A stretch of DNA of 45,504 nt, the filler included, from Catajapyx aquilonaris (taxonomy: Eukaryota), in NCBI GenBank assembly GCA_000934665.2. It is 2 parts of 2 records of this genome, joined end to end, with 100 filler letters (N's around TTAATTAATTAA, not from the genome) between each part and the next. Parts side by side here need not be neighbours in the genome. Positions count along the whole stretch, not along the records: positions 1 to 22,697 come from JYFJ02005829.1; 1 more part is not named here. One strand, 5' to 3'. Numbering within the stretch: position 1 is the stretch's first letter; every line of letters starts with the position of its first letter. The translations under genes were made by a program, and so were the position numbers. Under the pieces are notes generated by a model. The model saw only the letters and a list, made by a program, of their open reading frames with translations. It did no database searches and was not told the DNA's origin. This document shows, one piece after another, positions 1 to 11,644 of the stretch.

Positions 1-329
1 CACACCGGCGGTGCGAACACAACGCTGCACCCGTCCCTCGGCCCAACTTGGCCTCCGCGAGTGGGAAAAATCGTCGTGATCGTGCGCCCTTAATTCTGTG
101 CATCGGCTGCTGTTCTATAAGCAGAAGGACCAGGCAGGCACGGTCTTATTGTGCAGCTCATTGAAACCAGAATGTAACCAGGGGCTGGTTTGAGTACGCT
201 CGCACAGCCGCACAGGTTCATTTCGCAGCTGCGGTACATTTCTGTGTGGTGTGAAGCTACAAGGTAGAAGACTTGTTCGAAATTGTTGTGTCGGGTGGTT
301 TTGGCGGGTAGGTTAATTACCTGAGTCAT

Positions 330-577
330 GTGTGTTGCAACCAATCAAAAATTCGGCAAATTTCCGTTGCTAAAATATGGAACGACTGTATGCCGGATGC
401 CTTACAGCACGAATAACGGGTCCAGACCCGGTCCGCTTTTAGGTGCCAGACTGAACCCATGAAAGCGGACCGGGTCTAGGCTACCCAGTCTCGTTCGTGC
501 TGTATGGTAGCCGCCGTACAGTCGTTCCATTTTAGCAACGGAAATGTACCGGCTTTTTGATCGGTTGCAACAGACAC
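330..577. mobile_element. Imperfect palindrome (MITE-like)
   Basis: ttgcaaccaatcaaaaa..ttccgttgctaaaat..ggaacgactgta..acagcacgaa..agacccggtccgcttt is mirrored by aaagcggaccgggtct..ttcgtgctgt..tacagtcgttcc..attttagcaacggaa..tttttgatcggttgcaa. Confidence 0.7.
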
Positions 578-760
578 TACAAGTCCGCTCTAAGGTCACT
601 GACCTTGGCCGGAACAAGTTCGGTTTTCTCTACGCAGTGTAAGCGACCCATGTTTTAAAACTAATGGTCGGCTAATTAGTCGGGCTAATTAGAACTTAAG
701 GTCTAGAGTCTAGACTAATATCGACTTTTAACTCCGGCTATTCAGAGTGGAACACACGTA

Positions 761-900
761 AGCCCGATTTCTCGAACAGTGGTTCAAATGTAAACCCGGT
801 TCAAGTTCGGTTTAAACCCAGCAGTTCATAGACTCTGAACGGGGTTTAAACCGGACTTGAACCGGGTTTACATTTGAACCACTGTCCGAGAAATCGGTCC
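761..900. mobile_element. Palindromic MITE, probably PIF/Harbinger-type
   Basis: gcccgatttctcgaacagtggttcaaatgtaaacccggttcaag is mirrored by cttgaaccgggtttacatttgaaccactgtccgagaaatcggtc. Confidence 0.75.
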
Positions 901-989
901 ATAGAACGAAATAGAACGCTTGTTGATTTCGGTCGCATTCCAACTGTTGGCACCCTTGGGTTGTTTACAGAGTCTCTCTCAGTTCTTTT

Positions 990-1394
990 GCGAGATTCCG
1001 GAACCCACACCGTTTGGCTCAGGTCGGACGGTCGGTCGGTCGGTCGCCGGTCGGTCGGTCGCGCGGCCGTGCGGCGTGAACCAAGTGGTGTGGCTTCAGG
1101 ACTATATTCCGGAAGCCACACCACCTGGCTTGAGGTCGCACTCGCACGGCCCGTGTCGCGGTTTCAGACCGCAGCCGCTGCCCCGCTGGTATAATAGGCC
1201 AAAGAAACTTCACATTTTCGCCCGGACATTACAAAATGAGCCGAAAAATGTAATACAAAACGACGCTGCAAAAGTGCATCAGGCTTGCAGAAACATGATA
1301 GTCTACAGTTCTCATGAACAGAGTGACTATGAGAGTGACAGTGTAACGGAGCAGCAACTTCACATTTTCCACAAGCATTCAGACAATTTATTTA
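990..1394 (+). repeat. About 400-bp repeat, left copy of an inverted pair (possible long TIR)
   Basis: Reverse complement of 6159-6551. Both copies begin GCGAGATTCCG at the outer end. Confidence 0.9.
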
Positions 1395-1451
1395 ACGTGG
1401 CCATCGGGGTCAATGCTGTCAATAATGGTGACAGTTTATGTTGTTGTTTTT

Positions 1452-1476
1452 GTCGTCGTCGTCGTCGTCGTCGTCG
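1452..1476. repeat. (GTC)n microsatellite
   Basis: Tandem gtc run. Confidence 0.9.
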
Positions 1477-1553
1477 TTGTTGTAGAGACTGCTTCACTGG
1501 CACCCTTCACTGGCCAGCATACTTCGATTTAACAAAGAGCTATAACTCACGAG

Positions 1554-1881
1554 CAGTGCCGGATTTACCCCCTCGGCAGTTGAGATCCGCCCCTCCCAAT
1601 GCCGCTTCAAATTTCAATTTCTTCTGTCGAGTTCTCTCCTTCATTTCATTTTATTTTATACAAATTATATTCCAACTCTTTAAACTTATGGCCGCCCCGG
1701 AGGGCGGCCGCCCTTAGGCGTTTCTGCCTATAGTGACAAATCCGGCAATGGGAACCCCCCGAATTTTTTTATGATTTCGCCTTTATTTCTTATTATTGTA
1801 GCCTATTTGAAAAATATTCATTGCAACTTGCAGCCGCCCCAAGGCAATTCCCTACTCTGCCCAATGGTAAATCCGGCGCTG
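1554..1881. mobile_element. MITE with CAGTGCCGGATTTACC TIR (hAT-like)
   Basis: CAGTGCCGGATTTACC at 1554 and GGTAAATCCGGCGCTG ending at 1881 (15/16 match). A second right-end-like copy lies near 1738-1750. No clean TSD. Confidence 0.55.
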
Positions 1882-2022
1882 CTTCCAGTCGCGTAATTAT
1901 TTATTATTAATTTTTCGTCTGCTTTTTTTGTATGCCCCTTGAAATCTGCCGCCCGAGGCAATATACTGACTACAGTAGGTTGCCTTGCCGTTTTGAAATA
2001 GGGGGTTTTCCTAGAAGTATAA

Positions 2023-3121
2023 GGGGCGGATTCTCGTGGACTCCCGTAAGTCTGCGGGCCCCCAAGTCCGTCCAAGATGGCGACGGATGCGGGACCCCAG
2101 AAAAGTGGCATACATGTGGTAGCCCGTAAGTCCTTACAAGGAAGAATTGAAAGTAGGGGGGAGAAATTGGGGTCCTTGGAGCTCCGCCCACCGGAAAAGG
2201 ACAGGAGCCAATGGCGCAGAGGAAAAGGGTGCATTCCCACCGCCGTACAATGGACAGCGACGGGATTAAACGCTATTGAGAAAAGAACAGCGAGAACTGC
2301 CACCGATCGTACCACCTGCATACGAATTCGGGTTTCGCTATTAATTACTTAATTAGGCAGGCCCCTATGATATTTATGTAGGGAGTAGCTATCTCATGCA
2401 CAGAAGCAAAAGGATGCAAGTGCAGTTCTTTCCTTGTGGGCTGGGTCTCCAGTCACCAGGTTTCAAAGTGCTTGAGATGTTGAAATGTGTTACAATAATT
2501 AATTAATTTTTAATTCCCCTTGCTTTACAATAATTACATTCATACAACCTGAAATTGAACAAAATTATCATGGTATATGAGTTATAAGGCTACTTTTAAG
2601 CAGCATCCAAACAAAATAATAACAACAATAGATAATATTAGCTCCCAATTTTCTGGCAGCCGTCACATTTCATCACTCTCAACACTTCCTAACTCTCATG
2701 AACCAAACTATTACCAGTGTGTGGTACATTGTAAGCATCCATACATGAAACAGGTTTTCCCATTGACCAGCTTTTCGAGCAGATTCGGCCTCGGATTTCC
2801 CATCCCTGGCTCAACAATACGATGTCCTGAATCCAACCCTAGTAGTGGCGTCACTAGTGGCGAAATACTTACGTTTATGTGCACGTCCCGTGAGCGCAAT
2901 CAAAGGACCTGGGTATCAGTAAATAATTCGATCCCCGCCTTACGGACACACAGCTGCTGTCGGGGAAGCGGCCATCCCGTATCTTTGCGGCCTTTCCTTC
3001 CCGCAGCCCTTGCGGGAACGCGACACGATAATTCCACTTCGAGAGTTGCCGGAGCGTGACGTCACGTTTACGGGCGTTTGCGACTTGCGGGCCTCCCGTA
3101 AAGTCCACGAGAATCCGCCCC
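2023..3121. mobile_element. PIF/Harbinger non-autonomous element, 1099 bp, TAA TSD
   Basis: TIR GGGGCGGATTCTCGTGGACT / AGTCCACGAGAATCCGCCCC, flanked by TAA at 2020-2022 and 3122-3124. Confidence 0.9.
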
Positions 3122-4426
3122 TAAACCTGTATCGTGCTGGCAAGGGGTGTCAGTTGATAACTAATTTACCATAATGGTGGAACATGACATCAATACGAGC
3201 ATGACAATGGTAATCCTGAATTTGATAATAATTCAGTGAAGAAGTGTTGTGGATTTTATGAAAGAAATAAGATTTGTCACCTGGACTCAAACAGTAGATT
3301 CCTGTTTGTGAGTGTACAATCTGGTTTTATTACATAACCTCCTGACGCCCATCGTACAGCCCTCTAGCCATTGGGTTTTATATTTTTTGAAAAAAATTAA
3401 TTTTTTTTAAAAAATAAAAAAATATTCTGGGCTTCAGGAGGATAAACTTCCCCTCTGGATGGTTTGTGGTGTGGAAAAAAAATAATTGAGGGTAGTCCCA
3501 GGAACATGAGATACTTATTATGGCTACTGGGATGGAGGGTAATTGATTCGTTATTATTTTGTGCTCCAGCAGTTTCATGATATGTATGCCATATCCAGGT
3601 ATTTCCCTGCCTCGATGCATGGCCCTTTCTGTGGGCACTGTGGCTGTGCTGCAATAAATACTTTAATCTCAAATGAATATGCAAAAGCAAAACATGTAAT
3701 GATCCAAGTATGCTGCCAGTGAAAGCAGACTGTACAACAACAACAACATAAACTGTCGCTCTTTGTCGTCTAGGGTTCTCCCTTTTTTCAAGGAAACCAA
3801 CGAAACTTTGTCGGGGGGTTCTCCCGTTTCCTCTCACAATCAAAATCCATCACAGCAAAGGCAATGATTAAAGTCGGTCAATTAAAAGATGATCCCCTAA
3901 AAAGCTGAAGGAGGCTTATCACGGGGTATCCATTATCTCCACTGTCATCTGTTGTGGCCCCGCCAGGCAGGGTTCGTCGCCCTGCAGGATATTTTTAGGT
4001 AATGCGGAGAGGAAGCGGAGCTGGGCGATTATTGTGGGTTTCGTATCCGCAACATTTACAGTACTGTCCGTCTTGTGGCGGCGGAGGCCAACGGACGTTA
4101 TTGTGGCTTTGCCAACCTCCAATCCCCTGCTGATCCCACCGCTGATATCTTGTTTGCTTGCTCCGGGAGGTTCATGCTACGCCGCCAAATAAGTCGCAAT
4201 GGTTAACTCATCTAAGCTAAGCTATCCGCTGAAAATCATAAAAGATGCTCGATCCGGATCCAAGATGGCGGCATAGTTAGAAATAAGTGGGGCTGGAAGT
4301 AGCAGCGTATACATATGACAGCTTTCTGAATATTCTGAGGCGCAGATTGAATCAGTTGGCAGACCTGTATTGGCGGGAAATGAAATAGGTGGCGGTTAGG
4401 ACTTTTGGCGGGAAGGGAAAGCGGCG

Positions 4427-4543
4427 GCCTGAAGAATTAGTGCCGTACTGACCAAAAGGTGGCAGCACTCCCTTGGCCGCCGCCAATAAAGGCCGCCAAG
4501 GGAGTGCTGCCACCTTTTTCGTCACGGCACTACTTCTTCAGGC
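4427..4543. repeat. Short hairpin/MITE carrying two inverted AGGTGGCAGCAC motifs
   Basis: gcctgaagaattagtgccgt...aaaaggtggcagcactcccttggc is mirrored by gccaagggagtgctgccacctttt...acggcactacttcttcaggc. Confidence 0.8.
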
Positions 4544-4570
4544 AGCAACATCTGGCGTTCCAGACAAGGC

Positions 4571-5020
4571 TATTATTATGGGGAATAAGGAGGTTGGCCC
4601 AGCATTGCCTTTCAACCTCCAAGGATAGGGAAGGAAGGCCCAGAGTATTATTGAGTCACGACTGTAAGCTTGTTATAATCTATTCGCATATTAAAAGACA
4701 TTATCGAGTGCCTACCTATTTGATTACTGGTAACCGAAGTGCCCCCAACCCGCTGGGTCCGGCACATGACCTACGCACCCCATCCCCATCCCCTTATCCC
4801 CCATCCCAAACCCCTTCTCCCCATCCCCCTTCCCACTCCTACACCTATATCACCCCAAATTACCGTTACACTATAATACGGAAGCGACCCCGGAATTATC
4901 CTAGAAAGACCGTGGAAAACCACAGAAAACCACGGTCAGGGTTGCCGGCCCCGGGATTCGAACCCAGGACCTCCCGATTAGCAGTCGGACGCCCTATCCA
5001 CTATGCCAACTTACTTCGGT
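4571..5020 (-). mobile_element. tRNA-derived SINE
   Basis: Minus-strand head with A box TGGCATAGTGG and B box GGTTCGAATCC, then the GGTTTTCTGTGGTTTTCC core typical of arthropod SINEs. Ends in an (ATA)n tail at about 4571-4579. The 3' boundary is approximate. Confidence 0.75.
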
Positions 5021-5248
5021 CCCCCATGCCTACACTATTGCATGCGACTGAAGCTGCCCACAACCCTAGCAGTCATCGTGGCAACAGCTGTCCTCCACAA
5101 TAAGGCACTGAAACAAAGGGATCCCTTGCCCAAAGACAAGCCTGATGGTCGTCAGAGACAGGATCAACCAGACCTGTGGCCTTATCCTGGGCGGCAATCG
5201 AATGGGTTCCTGTACCGGAAGTCCTTCATCCAGAGGAATTTCACATGA
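5021..5248 (+). mobile_element. Harbinger (HARBI1-like) transposase C-terminal remnant
   Basis: PCLHYCMRLKLPTTLAVIVATAVLHNKALKQRDPLP...GFLYRKSFIQRNF* matches the C-terminal IIVACAVLHN...R..LI..F pattern of PIF/Harbinger transposases. The 5' part is missing at the SINE junction. Confidence 0.75.
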
Positions 5249-6158
5249 ACCATGAATCAAATTTCGTTAGCCTACTGTCTTGGCCAGTGTCTTGCACATG
5301 CATTGAGGTCTGTTGCTGGGTGCACTCATGCCAATGTAGGGTCTCAGGGGAGTGGTTAATAAATTGTATTGTGGTCTGGTCTTAAAATGAATCATTCGTG
5401 GTGGTCATGTTCACTTCCGGTTGTGACGTCACCTGGCCGGACTGCTCGATCAGAAGGCTCAGGGATGAATTACGTGGGGAGCGACCCAGGCGGGGCCGGT
5501 GCAACCATGGGTGCAACCCGCGCTGCAGTGGGGGAACCCTGAGCGTCGTCGGGGCGGATTTCGTAGGGGTTCATCTGGGGCTTGGTTCGTAGAACTGGCC
5601 CTTAGCCGTCTGTCATCGTCCCCTGCTCAGCTCCCCTTGTTCCCCTTCCTCTCTACCCCTCACTCACTCCCCCCACCTGAGGAGGGCCAACAGTAGGGTC
5701 TACAAACCACCGTGGTATATAGGCCCCCCAATCGAACAGGCACTCCACACCTTATTGACAGCATTGGCCCCGAGAGCATAATAATAATCCCACCATCAAA
5801 AAGTTGGACTTGTCTACGGCTACGCTGAGAGAAATTCCAGCTTGTGAAGTTCCTTGTTCATAAGAAGTGCGATATTTTCGTCAACTGCTTGACTTTTACT
5901 TTTGTGATGTACAGAATTAGGTTGGTAGCAATGGTGTTTAATTGTAAAGGGAGTTGCTAGGGTTTTTGGGGAGTGATTGTTGTGTGAGTGAGAGAAGGAG
6001 AGGAGGACTGTATAAGAGTGGAGTCACCGACAAGAAACCAGCATCGTGTAAGTCAAAATCTTAATATCTTGGGGAAAATTACTGAGCAATCAAGAAGAGC
6101 GACTCCTGCCGTCCGCCCACTCGGGAGAGTCCGGACCGAACCAGAAGTTCCGTCACAC

Positions 6159-6551
6159 TTTAAATAAATTGTCTGAATGCCATATATTGTGGAAAATGTG
6201 AAGTTGCTGCTCCGTTAGACTGTCACTCTCATAGTCACTCTGTTCATGCTGTGAACTATAGACTATCATGTTCCTGCAAGCCTGATGCACTTTTGCAGCG
6301 TCGTTTTGTATTACATTTTTCGGCTCATTTTGTAATGTCCGGGCGAAAATGTGAAGTTTCTTTGGCCTATTATACCAGCGGGGCAGCGACTGCAGTCTGA
6401 AACCGCGACATGGGCCGTGCGAGTGCGACCTCAAGCCAGGTGGTGTGGCTTCCGGAATATAGTCCTGAAGCCACACCACTTGGTTCACGCCGCACGGCCG
6501 CACGGCCGACCGTCCGACCTGAGCCAAACGGTGTGGGTTTCGGAATCTCGC
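6159..6551 (-). repeat. About 400-bp repeat, right copy of an inverted pair (possible long TIR)
   Basis: Reverse complement of 990-1394. Gives the near-identical spurious ORFs 920-1717(+) and 6153-6527(-). Confidence 0.9.
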
Positions 6552-6674
6552 TCTTCTTTGGGACTATACTGTCAACTGTTTACATTGCTCAGTGTTCGAA
6601 TGGTGCAGACTGCTGGAGATGAAGTCGAACCCGTAAAAGGTCTGCTTTGGCTGAGGATAATTCAAGAGTGTGTA

Positions 6675-6828
6675 CTATGGGGCTCAAATTGTTTTGGCCA
6701 CTTTACCCTGGTCTTGAAGCAACCTTTCGCATAGGCCCCACGGTGAGGAGGTGTGTGTGTGTGTGTGTGCGTGTGAAGGGTTGCTTCAAGACCTGGATAA
6801 AGGGGCCAAAACAATTTGAGCCCCATAA
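6675..6828. mobile_element. Tc1/mariner-type palindromic MITE, TA TSD (copy 1)
   Basis: TA|ctatggggctcaaattgttttggcc ... ggccaaaacaatttgagccccataa|TA with a (GT)n core. Same family as 11645-11796. Confidence 0.85.
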
Positions 6829-7075
6829 TACCTACCATACTTCAAAATAGATTATTTGATAATTTATTAGACAGTGACTAATTTCCATCAACCGGCCGCA
6901 GGTCGCAATAATTATACGCTGTGTGTGTGACGTTCATTTACAGGTCCAATATCACATTTAGATCATAGTTCTTGATGTCTCATTGTAATGTGAGATAATC
7001 CTAATTAGCAAGAAGTGTTCCTCAGACAATCGCTGGTAGCATAACACACCCATTGTCGTCACCAGAAAAGACAAA

Positions 7076-8997
7076 ATGACGGACAGCATCGGATGGGAGA
7101 TTTGCATCATATGCAATCAAGCTGCCAGTCGTGGGTCCAGAAACATATTTGACCCACGTACGACGGTGTCTGACCGATCTGGAGTCGCCCTTGCAGACAT
7201 GCTGATGCATATTTTGGAACAGGAATTGTCCGCAGCCTGCGGGCCCACCGCAAAGATTTGCGGAACATGCTTCAAGTCTGTCCAGGGCCTTGCTGAAATG
7301 GAGGCAGATGTCATCCAGGAGAGGAAGAAGATCAGGGACAGATTCGACGATAGTTGCCGGATCAACAATTTCGGCTTGAGGGCCCTGACTGGTAAAGAAC
7401 ACCACGATCACACCTACTCCCTCGGACAAAGCCACTCGCCTGAAGCGAAGACAACAGAACCACCAGTCGGGGCTGAGTTGAATCCCGAGATTACCAACGA
7501 GAGTCTGCTGAGCGAGCTACTGTATGGGCCCTCTCAGAGAGAGGAGAACCGCCCGTACAGGTGTGATGTGTGCCGGCAGAGCTTCCGGCTTGCCAACGAG
7601 TACGTGAAGCATCTGAACGAAGCCCACGTGGCCGATGAAGGTAGCATCGAAGTACAGATGTTTTCCCTGAGCGTTGGTGACTACGAATCCAAGAAGGAAG
7701 TTGAAGCCCAGGTTCAGGAAGAACTACGAGAAATTGCTGCCCCAAAAACAACACTACCAGAACTCACTCCTGAAATGAAAGAAAAGATTGCGTGGGCACT
7801 GAAGCCAGGTACAGAAATACTGTCAGAAGGGTACAAGGTGACAATCCTGCGCAAAGACGTGATGACGCTGAAAGGTCTGACTTGGCTAAACGATGAGGTC
7901 ATTAATTTTTACCTGAGCATGGTGGGTGACAGGGGAGGCACTGATGGCTTGCCCAAAGCATATGCCTTCAGTACCTTCTTCTACCCCACGCTGTTGTCTG
8001 GAGGCCACGCATCCCTTAAAAGATGGACAAGAAACACCGATATCTTTTATTATGACCTCATCATCATACCAGTGCACCTTGGCATGCACTGGTGTCTGGC
8101 TGTGGTAGACTTCAGAGACAAGGCTGTACGCTATTTTGACAGCATGGGAGGTCACAATGATCACTGTCTTCAAGTAAGCTGTCTTAATAAATTTCTTTTG
8201 CTTCTGTGTGGTAATGGCATGCCATTCATTCCCGTTGACGTTGTTATTATAGTGAAACCTGTATATAGCGGAATCTTTCTATTCTCCAAAAATTTTCCTT
8301 AGTAGACTTTCTGCTGTATAGGACAGTACTGTACTTCATAGAAAAAATCATTTAAGAACCATTAACAAGACAGTTTTCTCCCAGCTGGGTGTTTTTTTTT
8401 CCACCAGCAAGCCCCTCAAGTACAATTTTTGCCCTACGTCCTGTTCAGAGAATATGTGAAGCAGTCGTTTATGCAGTATTAATTCCACAACACACAGAGT
8501 TGGACTTGAAAATGTTCCCTTTTTTCTTCATTAGCCAAGTTCCATTATGGCAGACAAAATCACATGGGAAATCCTCTTTTGCTGCTGGCACTGTAAAAGA
8601 TTTTCCTCAATAGACAAGTTTGTGCTATATCCAAGGTCTGCTAAAGGCAGGTTTCTTTGTATTGACAAATAATAGTATTGATGGAAGACTGAAAAAAGAA
8701 TACTTTGATATGATTCGGTGTACTAACAAAATCATCCACATGCAGGCCATTCTCCGGTATTTGGTTGATGAGAGTGTGGACAAGAAGAAAGTACTCTTTG
8801 ACACAAGCGACTGGAGGCTCATCAATGTGCCTGACATCCCGCTGCAGGGAAATGGAAGCGATTGTGGCATGTTCGCCTGCAAATATGCAGAGTATGTGTC
8901 AAGAGATGCGCAGATAACCTTCTCACAGGAAGACATGCCTTACTTTCGAAAGCGGATGGTGTATGAAATACTCACACGAAAACTGATCTCCCCGTGA
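7076..8997 (+). CDS. ZAD- and C2H2-zinc-finger-fused SENP1/Ulp1-like SUMO protease (peptidase C48), 2 exons, about 449 aa
   Basis: Exon 1 is 7076-8173 and exon 2 is 8746-8997. The phase-0 intron 8174-8745 has donor CAA|gtaagc, branch point tactaac at 8721-8727 and acceptor tgcag|GCC. Catalytic-domain motifs: [29 protein letters not shown] (His, Asp), [16 protein letters not shown] (Gln, Cys), [13 protein letters not shown]. The N-terminus has CIIC...ICGTC followed by a helix (ZAD pattern) and [24 protein letters not shown] (C2H2). Confidence 0.92.
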
Positions 8998-10519
8998 TTT
9001 CCCCCCTGTAATGTAACAGACTGAAAGGTGAAAGTTTTTCGTTGATGGAAAAATTCGATGAAGACGTTCATTTTGAACTTGTACGTATAGGCAGTTTTCT
9101 GTGGCAAAGTGTCTTTGTTATGATGACATAAAGTTGTCTCATTTTCTGCACCAGGGGCTGTTAATGTTATTGCCCATTATTCCTATTTTTTGTTAGCTAA
9201 CACATTTCTCAACAACTCTAGAATTAGAGAGCTATATTTATTACCCCCATATTTTTTGTAAGTAGAATTCATCATAAAGTTTCATGTCTTTGTCAACACG
9301 GTCATTGTACTGTGAAATATTGCATCCAAAACTCCATGTGATTTTGAAAGGCAAATCCAGACTTCAGTTTCACATCCAGATGTCCAAGTAATGGATTGCC
9401 AACAGGAGTATGGGTTCATTAAAGGCATGAAGGAATCAGAATGTAGTGTTACTACGTTTTTCTCTCCACAGTTAAATGAATGTGAATCTTAACCAAAGAT
9501 CCAACCAAAGTTCAATGATGAGCATTACATTAAGAATGGCTTTCTCTGGTGCACCATCATTACATCTTGAAAATCTTCCCTAGAACAGTGTAGGAAAGGC
9601 ATATCACATTGTGCACATGACTTGCGCATAATATGCTTGGAACGAGCAAAATTCTTTGAGAAGAGCCATTTCCATGTGAATACCACAGTTAGTCTTTGGC
9701 ATGACTCCATTAACAGATATGTTTCAATAATCCTTCCTCCACTTAGAGCCAACAATATGGGAGGCTCTCATGAAATGCTTGGTCAGCTCCATTACAGATG
9801 TTGCACTAAAGGTGAAAGAAGGAATGTTGAACTCTCTTCATCAATAAACATACGAGGTAAGCTTAGGTGCTAAAAGTTTCTGGCCTATGTTCCAGGGTTG
9901 TAAAAATAGAACGAAGTGTAGTCTGCAAATGCTCATAAAGTGCCTCCTGCAACTCTTCATCAATGCTGAATAAATTTTCTACCTCCAAGTCTTTTTTGAG
10001 TTTTAAAAACAGGCAACAGACTATACCTGGGCTGTAGGGGTGAGACCCATGGCAGTGGCAGTGTCATGATCATGAATGTAAATGGTAGATTAGCTGGATG
10101 AAGAGCATAAAGTTAGGAAGTGATCAGCCACCTATTGCATAATAATAATAATAATATCTCCGAAGGTCGAAATCCTATCCGGCTGCTGCTTGACTGGCAA
10201 GTGTGGAAGTGTAGCTGCGATATCATTCACTTGACTTTGTACTGACATTATCCAGGAAAACTGCCACCTGCGGCAGACCTAGTATCAAAAGTGATAAAAA
10301 TGAAATAGTTGTCTAGAAAAGTCAATCCACTTTTAAAAAACATTTTGACAATATTGCATAACAAATCCTAATCACTAACAACTGTATGGGTACTTTAAAA
10401 TTTCTGCATGAATACATTCTGATTCTCTCAAGTTTGGACTTAAAATAATCAGACTGTTTGTTTGCTTAGGAAGAAGCCAAAGCATCTGTAGCTATCTAAG
10501 CTATTAAATTAGGAGATTC

Positions 10520-10694
10520 AAAGGTGGGACAGATGGCCAGACAGAAACGAAGAGAAAAAAGAAGAGAGGGCTAGTGTCTCTCTTTGTCTGTCTCCTACCA
10601 CCAAAGACATGTCCGGCTTGGTCTCCCAAGCCGGACTGGCATAGCTCTAGGGGTCATGGGAGAATTCAAGTCCCAGCACAACCACAACAAGGTG
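10520..10694 (-). mobile_element. RTE-clade LINE 5'UTR-like fragment (copy 1)
   Basis: The minus strand reads CACCTTGTTGTGG...AGAGCTATGCC...CCAAGCCGGACATGTC...GAGACAGACAAAGAG, the pattern I recognise from RTE 5' ends. Homologous to 43865-44073. Confidence 0.55.
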
Positions 10695-10930
10695 AATCAG
10701 AGTGTACTATGGTGTACAGTACTATTAATGGTGGTATAACAATAGTCTCATCATGAGTGCTACCTTTTAATGCTAATTTCTAACCCAACCAAGCTTTCGT
10801 CTACTTTAGTGGCAGTATTGAAATCCATCTACAGTGACATGATTTTAGAGGAAAAAAAGTTTTAAAAAAGCAATTTAAATCAATAAAGAATTTATTGCTT
10901 ATTATTATCAGTCACTTTTGTTTGCTAATA

Positions 10931-11087
10931 CAGTAAAACTTCCATATAACGCTCTTCAAGGTACTGCCCAAAAGTAGCATTATATTAGGGAAAATTTACC
11001 TTATGGAAATGATCAAGGGACTGGAAAAAAGGGGCATTAAAAGCGGGATAGCGTTATATGCGGGAGTGGTATATCGAGGTTTTACTA
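10931..11087. mobile_element. pogo/Tigger-type MITE
   Basis: TA|CAGTAAAACTTCCATATAAC ... TATATCGAGGTTTTACTA|TA. Confidence 0.75.
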
Positions 11088-11176
11088 TATTTCATGAAAT
11101 ATTTAATCACGTACAAGCTCTTCCATAAGCTTAACAATAATTTTACTCTTCATGCAGTTCATTTATGGCAAAATTA

Positions 11177-11565
11177 CTAGAACTCATCATGTGACACCAG
11201 TTTTTTGCCAACGTAATCAGTCTCCAAGGAGAGTGAATCCCAGAAGTCCACCCTATCTTGGTATGGATACCAGGTTGCATTTCTGGATCTAGTTTCAGAT
11301 CCAAATATCTTATGTTTCCCATTGAAGCCGGTGCCCACTTGTCATCACTTGGAGTTGGATTCCTTTCCAATAAGAAACACAGTTAATATTATGGGCATAA
11401 TAGTTGTTGGAAATAATGCATTCTTACCCTGTTTGAGTAAATTTTGTCCAGAAATCAGTCATAATGTCAGACAAATGCTTCTCTGGTTCATCATCAGTAA
11501 ATCCAGGGATGAATTTTTCTCCAGAGAATAAGTACAGTACATTAAGTCAACAGCATGGCTTACAC
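11177..11565 (-). pseudogene. Carboxylesterase (alpha/beta hydrolase) pseudogene, last two exons only
   Basis: Exon 11565-11428 reads GVSHAVDLMY[5-bp dup]LFSGEKFIPGFTDDEPEKHLSDIMTDFWTKFTQTG, with the catalytic His motif. A 65-bp GT-AG intron spans 11427-11363. Exon 11362-11177 reads NPTPSDDKWAPASMGNIRYLDL...[frameshift]YQDRVDFWDSL...VSHDEF*. Two frameshifts; no upstream exons found. Confidence 0.85.
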
Positions 11566-11644
11566 CTGCAACAACCAATGTGTTGTCATGGACCCCAATG
11601 AATGACAAGATTGTTCAGGATTAATCTACTGTAGTATGATTGTA

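Noticed and set aside
920..1717. 265-aa ORF and its mirror at 6153-6527
   Set aside because: It runs through the inverted repeat, a (GTC)n microsatellite and a MITE, with no protein motif.
4948..5020. tRNA-like sequence (also 18445-18518 and a fragment near 23500-23535)
   Set aside because: A and B boxes are present, but there is no convincing cloverleaf and the two longer cases are followed by SINE bodies and tails. These are SINE heads, not tRNA genes.
4459..5103. 214-aa Pro-rich ORF
   Set aside because: Spans a hairpin and the antisense strand of a SINE.
5677..5710. Possible hammerhead ribozyme core CTGAGGA
   Set aside because: No GAAA after a clean stem II (it reads TACAAAC). More likely part of a SINE-like 3' region ending in (ATA)n at about 5788.
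8174..8302. C-terminal extension of the 408-aa ORF (and 8620-8745 of the next ORF)
   Set aside because: Intron sequence; SENP homology resumes only at 8746.
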